64,000 nt of DNA from Anaeramoeba ignava BMAN (lineage: Eukaryota; Protista; Anaeramoebae). The DNA lies in the NCBI GenBank assembly GCA_028826165.1, contig JAPDFW010000056.1:62001-126000 (forward strand). Direction: 5' to 3'. The notes beneath the pieces were generated by a model, which ran no database searches, was not told where the DNA came from, and worked only from the letters and a program-made list of their open reading frames with translations. Within the stretch, counting starts at the first letter, position 1. Every line of letters begins with the position of its first letter. The position numbers and the translations under genes are program-made. Positions 12,138 through 25,004 of the stretch are shown here, in pieces.

Positions 12138-14756
12138 TCAACAACATTTATCTTCACTTTTTTTTGAATTAGAATTAAGAATAATAGTATCTTTTAGATT
12201 ATTTTGGTTTTTTTTAGAAGCAACAATTTCTAAAATTTCAAATCAAAATCAAAATTAAATCAAAATTAAATCAAATTAAATCAAATTAAATCAAATCAAA
12301 TCAAAATTAAATCAAAATTAAATCAAATCAAAATCAAAATTAAATCAAAATTAAATCAAAATCAAATCAAATCAAAATCAAATCAAATCAAAATTAAATC
12401 AAAATTAAATCAAAATCAAATCAAATCAAAATCAAATCAAATCAAAATTAAATCAAAATTAAATCAAATCAAATCAAAATTAAATCAAAATTAAATCAAA
12501 ATTAAAATCAAAATTAAATCAAAATTAAATCAAAATTAAATCAAAATTAAATCAAAATTAAATCAAAATTAAATCAAATTAAATCAAAATTAAATCAAAA
12601 TTAAATCAAAATTAAATCAAATCAAAATTAAATCAAAATTAAATCAAAATTAAATCAAAATCAAATCAAAATTAAATCAAAATTAAATCAAAATTAAAAT
12701 TAAATCAAAATTAAATCAAAATTAAATCAAATCAAAATTAAATCAAATCAAAATCAAATCAAAATCAAATCAAATCAAAATCAAATCAAAATCAAATTAA
12801 ATCAAAATTAAATCAAAATTAAAATTAAATCAAAATTAAATCAAAATTAAATCAAAATTAAATCAAAATTAAATCAAAATTAAATCAAAATTAAATCAAA
12901 ATCAAATCAAAATTAAATCAAAATTAAATCAAAATTAAATCAAAATTAAATCAAAATTAAATCAAAATTAAATCAAAATTAAATCAAAATTAAATCAAAA
13001 TTAAATCAAAATTAAATCAAAATTAAATCAAAATTAAATCAAAATTAAATCAAAATTAAATCAAAATTAAATCAAAATTAAATCAAAATTAAATCAAAAT
13101 TAAATCAAAATTAAATCAAAATTAAATCAAAATTAAATCAAATCAAATCAAATCAAATCAAAATTAAATCAAAATCAAAATTAAATCAAATTAAATCAAA
13201 TCAAAAAAAATTAAATCAAAATTAAATCAAAATTAAATCAAAATTAAATCAAAATTAAATCAAAATTAAATCAAAATTAAATCAAAATTAAATCAAAATT
13301 AAATCAAATCAAAATTAAATCAAAATCAAATTTAAATCAAATTAAATTAAATTAAATTAAATTAAATCAAATTTAAATCAAATTAAATTAAATTAAATCA
13401 AAATTAAATCAAAATCAAATCAAAATTAAATCGAAATTAAATCAAAATTAAATCAAAATTAAATCAATAAATACGCTCTATTAATGTTCTAAAAGCCTTT
13501 TCAACATTTGTTCCATCTTTTGCTGATGTTTCCATGAATAAAACTTTATTTTCTTTTGCAAAATTTTCACCCTTAATTTATAATTAATTTTATAAAAAAA
13601 ATTTTCGAAATTAAAAAAAAAGTGGAACAAAAAATGGAACAAAAAATGGAACAAAAAATAATAAATAAATAAACCTTTTCTTTTGAAATTTTTCTTTTAT
13701 CTTCTAAATCACATTTATTTCCAATTATCATAAACATTGCATTTGTTTGCTCTTGTGATTTAAGTTCTTTAACCCAATAATCTAATTTATTGAAACTAGT
13801 TTGACTAGTAATATCATAAACAATAAAAATTAAAACAAATTAAATAAAAGTGCCATCTGAACCTCGATAAAAACTAAATAAATCAAATCAAATCAAATCA
13901 AAATTAAATCAAAATTAAATCAAAATTAAATCAAATCAAATCAAAATTAAATCAAAATTAAATCAAAATTAAATCAAAATTAAATCAAAATTAAATCAAA
14001 ATTAAATCAAATTAAAAAATTAAATCAAATTAAATCAAATTAAATCAAATTAAATTAAATTAAATCAAAATTAAATCAAATCAAAATTAAATCAAAATTA
14101 AATTAAATTGATTTCGAATTAAATCAAAAATTCAAATTAAATACCTTTTAGTTATTGACCGAAATCTTTCTTGGCCTGCTGTGTCCTAAAATATTCAAAA
14201 AATAAAACAAAATGAAAATTTTAATCCAAATTTTGGATTGATTTTTATGTTTTTGTTTTTATTTTGTTTTTGTTTTTGTTTTTCATCAATTACCCAAATT
14301 AGTAGTTTTACTTTTTTATCATTAACTTCAACTATTTTTGTTTTAAATGAAGCTCCTAATGTAATTTCCGAATTTTCAAAAAATTTATCACTTTTTAAAC
14401 GGAAAATATTACAAGATAATAATTGTTATTTTTATTATTAAATTTGGAATTTAAAAAAGGAAAAAAACTTACTCACAAAATTTAGTTAAAATATTTGTTT
14501 TTCCAACAGAACTGTGTCCTAAATATTATTAATATTAAATTTAGTAATGAATACATTTTTAAATTTAATAATAATAGTAATAATAATGATAATATCTACC
14601 AATTAGAATAATTTTAAGTGTCAAATCATATTCAGTTTTAGAATTATCAATTTTCTGAAAAAGGAAAAAATTAATTAATTAATTAATTTATCAATAAACG
14701 AATTGTTTTTTTTTTCTATTATTATTTTATCAATAATTTACTTCAAATGATTCCAT
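12138..14756 (-). pseudogene. Rab paralogue D with an in-frame stop
   Basis: All 8 exons present ([26 protein letters not shown]), but a 21-nt insertion in exon 6 puts TAA in frame at 13842-13840. Confidence 0.75.
12240..13465. repeat. AAATCAAAATT 11-mer tandem repeat filling the last intron of copy D
   Basis: About 1.2 kb of near-perfect tandem units. Confidence 0.92.
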
Positions 14757-15024
14757 TATTTCTTGTTGTTTTTTAAAAAAATTGTTTTATTTCTTGTTGT
14801 AAATAAAAATAAAAATAAAATGAAAAAATGAAAAAAAATATTTTTTCCTTTTTTTGATCCACTTTATTTTCATTTTGATTTTGATTGTAATTTTCATTTT
14901 CATTTTCATTTTCATTGTAATTTTCATTGTGATTTTCATTTTAATTTAGATTTTTATTTTCATTTTGATTTTAATTTTCATTTTGATTTTAATTTTCATT
15001 TTAATTTTCATTGTAATTTCGAAT

Positions 15025-15823
15025 TTAACAACAACCAGACTTTGTTTTTCGATTTGAATTTGGATTTTGATTTTGATTTGGACCACTGAGGATGATACTA
15101 TTTGTTAAATTATTTTTTTTTTGGGAAACACTCAAAATTTCTATTAAAAAATTAAAATCAAAATTAAATTAAAAATCAAAATTAAAATCAAAATCAAAAC
15201 CAAAATCAAAATACCTTTTGTTAATACTTCGAATGCTTCTTCAATATTTGTTCCATCTTTTGCTGATGTTTCCATGAATAAAACATCATTTTCTTTTGCA
15301 AATTTTTCACCCTTAATTTATAATTAATTTTATAAAAAAAATTTTCGAAATTAAAAAAAAAGTGGAACAAAAAATGGAACAAAAATAATAAATAAACAAA
15401 CAAACCTTTTCTTTTGAAATTTTTCTTTTATCTTCTAAATCACATTTATTTCCAATTATCATAAACATTGCATTTGCTTGCTCTTGTGATTTAAGTTCTT
15501 TAATCCAGTAATCTAATTTATTAAAACTTTCTGGATTAGTAATATCATAAACAATAAAAACACCATTCGAACTCCGATAATAACTGAATGAATAAATTAA
15601 TATAAAATAAATTAATATAAAATCAATCAATCAATCAATCAATATAAAATCAATAAATCAATATAAAAATAAATCAATAAAAAATCAATATAAAATCAAT
15701 AAATCAATATAAAATAAATCAATCTAAAATCTCAATCAATATAAATCAATAAATCAATAAATCAATAAATCAATAAATCAATAAATCAATAAATCAATAA
15801 ATCAATAAATCAATATATCAATA

Positions 15824-15858
<35 letters not shown>

Positions 15859-16940
15859 AAATCAATAAATCAATAAATCAATATATCAATATAAAATCAA
15901 TAAATCAATCAATAAATATAATCAATATAAAATCAATATAAAAATCAATAAATATAAAATAAATCAATAAATCAATAAATCAATAAATCAATAAATCAAT
16001 AAATCAATAAATCAATAAATCAATAAATAAAATAAATAAATCAATAAATCAATATCAATCAATATAAAATCAAATAAAATCAATAAATCAATAAATCAAT
16101 AAATCAATAAATCAATAAATCAATAAATCAATAAATCAATAAATCAATAAATCAATAAATCAATATATCAATATATCAATATATCAATATAAAATCAATC
16201 AATATAAAATCAATATAAAATCAATCAATATTAAATCAATAATAAATCAATGATAAATCAATGTAAAATAAATATAAAATGAAATACAGTTTAGTCATTG
16301 ATTGATATCTTTCTTGACCTGCTGTATCCTAAAATAAACAAAATCAATAACAATTTTTTTAATAAAAATCCAAATTTTGAATTGATTATTTTTATTTTGT
16401 ATTTTTTACCCAAATTCGTAGTTCCACTTTTTTATCATTAATTTCAACTATTTGTGTTTTATATTCAACACCGATTGTAATTTGGAAATTTTCAGAAAAT
16501 TGATTACTTTTTAAATAATAGAATAATAGAATAATATTATTATTAATTTGGAATTAAATTGGAATTTAAAAAAGGAAAAAAAACTTACTCACAAAATTTA
16601 GTTAAAATATTTGTTTTTCCAACACCAGTGTGTCCTAAATATTATTAGTAATATTGATAATAATAATATTGTTATTATTTTTGTTTTGGAATTTAAAAAT
16701 AATATTTAGAATAATAAAATATTTACCAATTAAAATAAGTTTAAAATTAAAATCACAAGGAGTTGCAGAAAAATCAATTTTCTATAAAAAAAAGAAACAA
16801 GATTAATTAAAAATTAAAAGTAATTTTATTTTGGAAATTAAATTTTTAAATAAGTAAATTATTTTTATTTTTCAATTTTCTAATTTTCTAATTTTCTGAT
16901 TTTTATTTTATTAATAAATTACTTTAAATGATTCTATCAT
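15025..16940 (-). CDS. Rab paralogue E
   Basis: [37 protein letters not shown]. Confidence 0.9.
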
Positions 16941-17125
16941 TTCTTTTTATTTTTTTAAAATGAAAAAAATGAAAAAAATGAAAAATGAAAAAATGATTTT
17001 CCTTTTTTTTTTGTTGTTGTTCCACTTTATTTTTAGATTTGAATTTAAATTTGGATTTGATAAATAATAAATTCAACAAACTTATTTTTATTTTAATTTA
17101 AATTTGAATTTGGTTTGATTTGAAT

Positions 17126-18033
17126 TTAACAACAACCAGCTTTTGTTTTTCGATTTAAATTTGGAGAACTAATGATAATACTATCTGTTTGAGTATTTTC
17201 TTTCTTTTTTTCAAAATTATTCAAAATTTCTATTAAAAAATTAAATTTAGAATTAAAATCAAAATTAAATTTAGAATTAAAATTAAAATCAAAATTAAAT
17301 TAAAAATCAAAATTAAAATTAAATCAAAATTAAAATCAAAACCAAAATTAAAATACCTTTTGTTAATGCTTCAAATGCCTCTTCAATATTTGTTCCTTCT
17401 TTTGCTGATGTTTCCATGAATAAAACATCATTTTTGTTTGCAAATTTTCACCCTTAATTTATAATTAATTTTATGAAAAAAATTTTCGAAATTAAAAAAA
17501 AAAGTGGAACAAAAAATGGAACAAAAAATAATAAATAAACAAACCTTTTCTTTTGAAATTTTTCTTTTATCTTCCAAATCACATTTATTTCCAAGTATCA
17601 TAAGCATTGCATTTGTTTGCTCTTGTGATTTAAGATCTTTAATCCAGTAATCTAATTTATTAAAACTTTCTGGATTAGTAATATCATAAACAATAAAAAC
17701 ACCATCAGAATTCCGATAAAAACTAAATCAATCAATCAATAAATAAATCAATATAAATCAATCAATAAAAAATCAATTAATATAAAATAAATCAATATAA
17801 AATCAATAAATCAATATTAAATCAATAAATCAATATTAAATCAATAAATCAATATTAAATCAATAAATCAATATTAAATCAATAAATCAATATTAAATCA
17901 ATAAATCAATAAATCAATATATCAATAAATCAATCAATATAAAATCAATATAAAATCAATAAATCAATATTAAATCAATAAATCAATAAATCAATAAATC
18001 AATATTAAATCAATGTAAATCAATAAATCAATA

Positions 18034-18064
<31 letters not shown>

Positions 18065-18200
18065 ATTAAATCAGTGTAAAATAAATCAATATTAAATCAA
18101 TAAATTAAATATATCAATAAATATAAAATCAATATCAAATCAATATAAAATCAATAAATCAATATATCAATATATCAATCAATATATCAATAAATAAATA

Positions 18201-18231
<31 letters not shown>

Positions 18232-19051
18232 AAATCAATAAATCAATAAATCAATAAATCAATAAATCAATATTAAATCAATGTAAATCAATAAATCAAT
18301 AAATCAATAAATCAATAAATCAATAAATCAATAAATCAATAAATCAATCAATATTAAATCAATAATAAATCAATAATAAATCAATGTAAAATAAATATAA
18401 AATGAAATACAGTTTAGTCATTGATTGATATCTTTCTTGACCTGCTGTATCCTAAAATAAACAAAATCAATAACAATTTTTTTAATCGAAATCCAAATTT
18501 TGAATTGATTATTTTTATTTTGTATTTTTTACCCAAATTTGTAATTTAATTTTCTTATTATTAATTTCAACTATTTGTGTTTTATATTCAACACCGATTG
18601 TAGTTTGGGAATTTTCAGAAAATTGATTACTTTTTAAATAATAGAATAATAGAATAATATTATTATTAATTTGGAATTAAATTGGAATTTAAAAAAGGAA
18701 AAAAACTTACTCACAAAATTTAGTTAAAATATTTGTTTTTCCAACAGCACCACGTCCTAAATATTATTAGTAATATTGATATTATTAATATTATTATTTT
18801 TGTTTTGAATTTAAAAATAATATTTAGAATAATAAAATATCTACCAATTAAAATAAGTTTAAAATTAAAATCACAAGGAGTTTCAGAAAAATCAATTTTC
18901 TATAAAAAAAAAAGAAACAAGATTAATTAAAAATTAAAAGTAATTTTATTTTGGAAATTAAATTTTTAAATAAGTAAATTATTTTTATTTTTTATTTTTC
19001 AATTTTCTGATTTTTATTTTATTAATAAATTACTTTAAATGATTCCATCAT
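17126..19051 (-). pseudogene. Rab paralogue F; 1-nt deletion at the start of exon 7 (real frameshift or assembly error)
   Basis: [27 protein letters not shown]. At 17442-17448 the + strand reads gcaaattttcaccc, one base shorter than E (gcaaatttttcaccc). Confidence 0.55.
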
Positions 19052-19281
19052 TTCTTTTTATTTTTTTAAAATGAAAAAAAAGGAAAAAAAATGAAAAATG
19101 AAAAAATGATTTTCCTTTTTTTTTTGTTGTTCCGATTTATTTTTGGAATTTGTTTTAAAATGGAATTTATATAATAATTTGAAAAACCAAAAATCAAAAA
19201 CCAAAAATCAAAAATCAAAAATCAAAAATCAAAAATCAAAAATCAAAAACCAAAAATCAAAAATCAAAAATCAAAATAAAT

Positions 19282-21022
19282 TCAGCAACATTTTTTTTTG
19301 CGAGGCTGATTTAAATGAGTTTTAGGATTAAGCACAATACTATCTGTTTGAGTATTTTCTTTGTTTTGTAAGGCTTTTAAAATTTCTATTAAAAATTAAA
19401 ATCAGAATCAAAATCAAAATTAAATTCAAAATCAAAATCAAAATTAAATTCAAAATAAAAACCAAAATTAAATTTAAAATACCTTTTGTTAATGCTTCAA
19501 ATGCCTTTTCAATATTTGTTCCTTCTTTTGCTGAAGTTTCCAAAAATGAAATCCTTTTTGCTTTTGCAAATTTTTCACCCTTAATTTATAAATAATTTTA
19601 TAAAAAAAATTTTTAAAATTAAAAAAAAAGTGGAACAAAAAAATAACAAAAATAACAAATAAATAAGCAAACCTGTTCTTTTGAAATTTGTCTTTTATCT
19701 TCCAAATCACATTTATTTCCAAGTATCATAAACTTTGGGTTTATTTGTTCTTGTTCTTTAATTTCTTGAATCCAATAGTCTAATTTATCAAAACTTTCTG
19801 GATTAGTAATATCATAAACAACAAAAGCAGCATCTGCACGGCGATAATAACTGAATAAATATCAAAATATCAAAATATCAAAATATCAAAATATCAATAT
19901 ATCAATATATCAATATATCAATAAATCAATAAATCAATAAATCAATAAATCAATATAAAATCAATAAATAAATATATAAATATAAAATCAATATAAAATC
20001 AATAAATCAATATATCAATAAATCAATAAATCAATAAATAAATAAATAAATAAATCAATAAATCAATAAATCAATAAATCAATATATAAATCAATAAATC
20101 AATAAATCAATAAAATCAATATATCAATAAATAAATCAATATATCAATAAATAAATCAATATATAATCAATATATCAATATAAAATCAATATATCAATAT
20201 TAAATCAATAAATCAATAAATCAATATATCAATATAAAATCAATAAATCAATAAATCAATAAATCAATAAATCAATAAATCAATAAATCAATAAATCAAT
20301 AAAATCAATAAATCAATAAATCAATATAAAATAAATATAAAATCAAGTACGCTTTAGTTATTGAATGAAATCTTTCTTGACCTGCTGTATCCTAAAATAT
20401 CCAAAAATAAACAAAAATAAACAAAATCAATAACAATTTTTTTAATCAAAATCCAAATTTTGAATTGATTATTTTTATTTTGTATTTTTTACCCAAATTT
20501 GTAATTTAATTTTCTTATCATTAATTTCAACTATTTGTGTTTTATATTCAACAGCAATTGTAGATGTTGAATTGAAAGAAAAATGATCACTTTTTAAATA
20601 GTATAATAATATAAATATTATTATTATTATTATTATTATTTTGGAATTAAATTTGGAATTTAAAAAAGGAAAAAAAACTTACTCACAAAATTTAGTTAAA
20701 ATATTTGTTTTTCCAACAGAACTGTGTCCTAAATATTATTAGTGATATTGATATTAATAATTATTATTATTTTTGTTTTGAAATTTAAAAATAATATTTA
20801 GAATAATAAAATATTTACCAATTAAAACAATTTTAAAACTTAAATCACAAGGAGTTTCAGAAAAATCAATTTTCTATAAAAAAAAGAAACAAGATTAATT
20901 AAAAATTAAAAGTAATTTTATTTTGGAAATTAAATTTTTAAATAAGTAAATTATTTTTATTTTTCAATTTTTCTAATTTTCTGATTTTTATTTTATTAAT
21001 AAATTACTTTAAATGATTCCAT
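19282..21022 (-). CDS. Rab paralogue G
   Basis: [38 protein letters not shown]. Confidence 0.88.
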
Positions 21023-21212
21023 TATTTCTTTTTATTTTTTTAAAATTAAAAAAAAGGAAAAAAATGAAAAATGAAAAAATGATTTTCCTTTTTTTTTTGT
21101 TGTTCCGATTTATTTTTGGAATTTGTTTTAAAATGGAATTTATATAATAATTTGAAAAATCAAAAATCAAAAATCAAAAATCAAAAACCAAAAACCAAAA
21201 ATCAAAATAAAT

Positions 21213-23101
21213 TCAGCAACATTTTTTTTTGCGAGGCTGATTTAAATGAGTTTTAGGATTAAGCACAATACTATCTGTTTGAGTATTGTTGTTCTTTTTT
21301 TGAGAAAGGTTTAACAACTCTATTAAAAATTAAAAATTAAAATCAAAATCAAAATTAAAATCAAAATCAAAATTAAATTCAAAATCAAAATTAAAATTAA
21401 AATTAAAATACCTTTTGTTAATATTTCGAATGCCTTTTCAATATTTGTTCCATCTTTTGCTGAAGTTTCCAAAAATGAGACTTTATTTTCTTTTGCAAAT
21501 TTTTGACCCTTAATTAATAATTAATTTTATGAAAACAAAGAAATTTTCAAAATTAAAAAAAAAGTGGAACAAAAAAATAACAAATAAATAACAAATAAAT
21601 AAACCTTTTCTTTTGGGACTATTCTTTCTTTTTCTAAATCAAATTTATTTCCAAGTATCATAAACTTTGCATCTGTTTGTTCTTGTTCTTTAAGTTCTTT
21701 AATCCAATATTCTAATCTATTAAAACTTTCTTCACTAGTAATATCATAAACAATAAAAGCACCATCAGAAGTTCGATAAAAACTAAATCAATAAATAAAT
21801 ATAAAATCAATATATAAATAAATCAATAAATATAAAATCAATCAATATAAAATCAATCAATATAAAATCAATCAATATAAAATCAATAAATAAATAAATA
21901 AATAAATCAATAAATCAATAAATCAATAAATCAATAAATATAAAATCAATCAATAAATCAATAAATAAATAAATCAATAAATCAATAAATCAATAATAAA
22001 TCAATAAATCAATAAATAAATCAATAAATAAATCAATAAATAAATCAATAAATAAATAAATCAATAAATCAATAAATCAATAAATCAATAAATCAATAAA
22101 TCAATAAATAAATCAATATAAAATAAATAAATCAATATAAAATCAATAAATCAATATAAAATCAATAATAAATCAATCAATATAGAATCAATAAATAAAT
22201 AAATAAATAAATCAATAAATCAATAAATCAATAAATCAATAAATCAATATAAAATCAATAAATAAATAAATAAATCAATATATAAATAAATCAATAAATA
22301 AATCAATAAATAAATAAATCAATAAATCAATATATAAATAAATCAATAAATAAATCAATAAATAAATAAATCAATAAATCAATATAAAATCAATCAATAT
22401 AAAATCAATATAAAATCAATAAATAAATCAATATAAAATCAATATAAAATCAAGTACGCTTTAGTTATTGAATGAAATCTTTCTTGACCTGCTGTATCCT
22501 AAAATATTTAAAAGCAAAAACAAAAATAAACAAAAATCAAAACCAATTTTTTTTAATCAAAATCCGAATTTTGAATTGATTATTTTTATTTTTTGATTAT
22601 TTTTATTTTTTGATTATTTTGTATTTTTTACCCAAATTTGTAAATTAATTTTCTTATCATTAATTTCAACTACTTTCGTTTTATATTCAACACCAATTGT
22701 AGATGTTGTGTTTAGAGAAAAATGATCACTTTTTAAATAGAAAATAATATCAATATTATTAATATTAATATTTTGGAATTAATTTATTTTTTCTTTATAA
22801 TTTAAAAAAGGAAAAAAAACTTACTCACAAAATTTAGTTAAAATATTTGTTTTTCCAACAGAACCACTTCCTAAATATTATTAGTGATATCATTAATATT
22901 ATTCTTGTTTTGAAATTTAATATGAAAATTTACCAATTAAAATAATTTTAAACATTAAACCATGTGAAGAAGTTTCAGGATTAGGTTTCTAAAAAAAAGA
23001 AAATTTTTATTTTTATTTTTATTTTTATTTTTATTTTTATTTTTATTTTTTTTTTTTTTCCGGTTTTTTTATTAATAAAAAAATAAAACCTTATATTCCA
23101 T
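21213..23101 (-). CDS. Rab paralogue H
   Basis: [38 protein letters not shown]. Confidence 0.88.
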
Positions 23102-23288
23102 TATTTATTTTTATTTTTAAATTTTTGAAAAAGGAAAAATGAAAAATGAAAAAATGATAAAAATGAAAAAAATGAAAAAAATGATAAAAATGAAAAAATC
23201 GATTTTTTCCCTTTTTTTTTGTTCCACTTTTTTTATTAAAAAAAATAAATTTGAAAAAAAAAATCAATAAATGAAATTAAAAAAAACC

Positions 23289-24622
23289 TTAACAGCATGG
23301 ACGAGGCTTTTTTGGATCAATAATAATTCTTTTAGAAAGTATAATACTATCAATTGGCTTATCGGTTTCATTTTCAAAAGTATTAAAAATTTCTAAATTT
23401 AAAATTAAAATCAAAATCAAAATCAAAAATCAAAATCAAAAATTAAAATTAAAATCAAAATCAAAATCAAAATTAAAATACCTTTTGTTAATATTTCAAA
23501 TGCCTTTTGAATATTTGTTCCATCTTTTGCTGAAGTTTCCATGAATAAAGCTTTATTTTCTTCTGCAAATTTTTGACCCTTAATTGATAAATAATTTTGA
23601 AAAAAATAAAAATTTCAAATTAAAAAAAAGTGGAACAAAAAAAATAATAAATAAAACAAACCATTTCTTTTGAAATTTTTCTTTCTTTTTCTAAATCACA
23701 TTTATTTCCAATTATCATTGGAATTGCATTTTCTTTTGCGTTTTTTTGAAATTCTTCAAACCAAAATTTTAATTTATTAAAACTTTCTTCATTAGTTATA
23801 TCATAAACAATAAAAGCACCAACTGCATCACGATAATGACTAATTAAATAATTTATAAATATTTATCAGTAATTTAATTCAAATAATTTAAATAAAGAAA
23901 AATATAAATACGTTCTGGAAACTGAAAGATATCTTTCTTCACCTGATGTATCCTAAAAAATTCAAAATCAAAAATCAAAATCAAAATCAAAATCAAAATC
24001 AAAATTAAAATGAAAATCAAAATGAAAATCAAAAATCAAAATCAAAATTCAAAATCAAAATCAAAATCAAAATGAAAATGAAAATGAAAATCAAAATGAA
24101 AATCAAAATGTTTTTGAAAATCAAAATCAAAATTAAAATCAAAATTAAAATCAAAATCAAAATTCTTTCCTTTAATTTCAAAAATTCTATAACAAAATCA
24201 ATATCAATTGTAATTTGTGAATTTGGATTAAATTTATTTCTTTTATAAATTAAATTAAAATTAATTTTGGATTAAATTTATTTCTTTTATAAATTAAATT
24301 AAAATTAAATAAAAAAAATAAGAATAAAATTATTGCTTTGGAAATAAAGTTAAAATTTACTTTTGAAATCTACTAATAATATTTGTTTTTCCAGCTGCTC
24401 TATTCCCTGATTATTATTTTATTATTTAATTATTATTCAATTATTGTTTTTCAAATAAATATTTTACCAATTAAAATAACTTTAAATGAACGATCATATT
24501 CTTCATTATCTTTCTAAATATTTTATTTTTGATTTTTATTTAAAAAATAATAATAAATTTTTGTTAATTTAAAATGAAAAAAAGAAATTAATTAATAAAA
24601 AAAATAAAACCTTATATTCCAT
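23289..24622 (-). pseudogene. Rab paralogue I, pseudogene
   Basis: GNRAAGKT, DTSGEERY, PCC*. Exon 4 has a frameshift near 24190 and has lost its 3' end (..QIW) and donor, running into a TTTTGA repeat near 24160. Confidence 0.8.
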
Positions 24623-25004
24623 TATTTATTTTTATTTTTAATTTTTTTGAAATGAAAAAAATGATAAAAATGAAAAAATGAAAAAATCATTTTTTCCCTT
24701 TTTTTTTGTTCCACTTTTTTTATTAAAAAAAAACCTTAACAGCATGAAATATCATTTTGTGAATCAGGATTATTAATAGTAATATTATCTTTCTTTTGTT
24801 TGTTTTCAAAAACATTTAAAATTATAATTAAAATAAAAATTAAAATTAAAATTAAAATTAAAATTATAATTAAAATCAATATAAAAATTAAAATTAAAAT
24901 TAAAATTAAAATTATAATTAAAATCAATATAAAAATTAAAATTAAAATTAAAATTATAATTAAAATCAATATAAAAATTAAAATTAAAATTAAAATTTAA
25001 ATTA

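Larger units (their letters stand above)
15620..22450. repeat. Four AAATCAAT-type 8-mer tracts in intron 5 of E-H (~15620-16270, 17725-18400, 19860-20340, 21785-22450)
   Basis: Same repeat unit at the homologous intron of four neighbouring copies. Confidence 0.88.

Noticed and set aside
13840-13842. In-frame TAA as evidence of a ciliate-type genetic code
   Set aside because: TAA terminates many genes here directly after CC or CaaX motifs, and this TAA lies in an insertion absent from sister copies.
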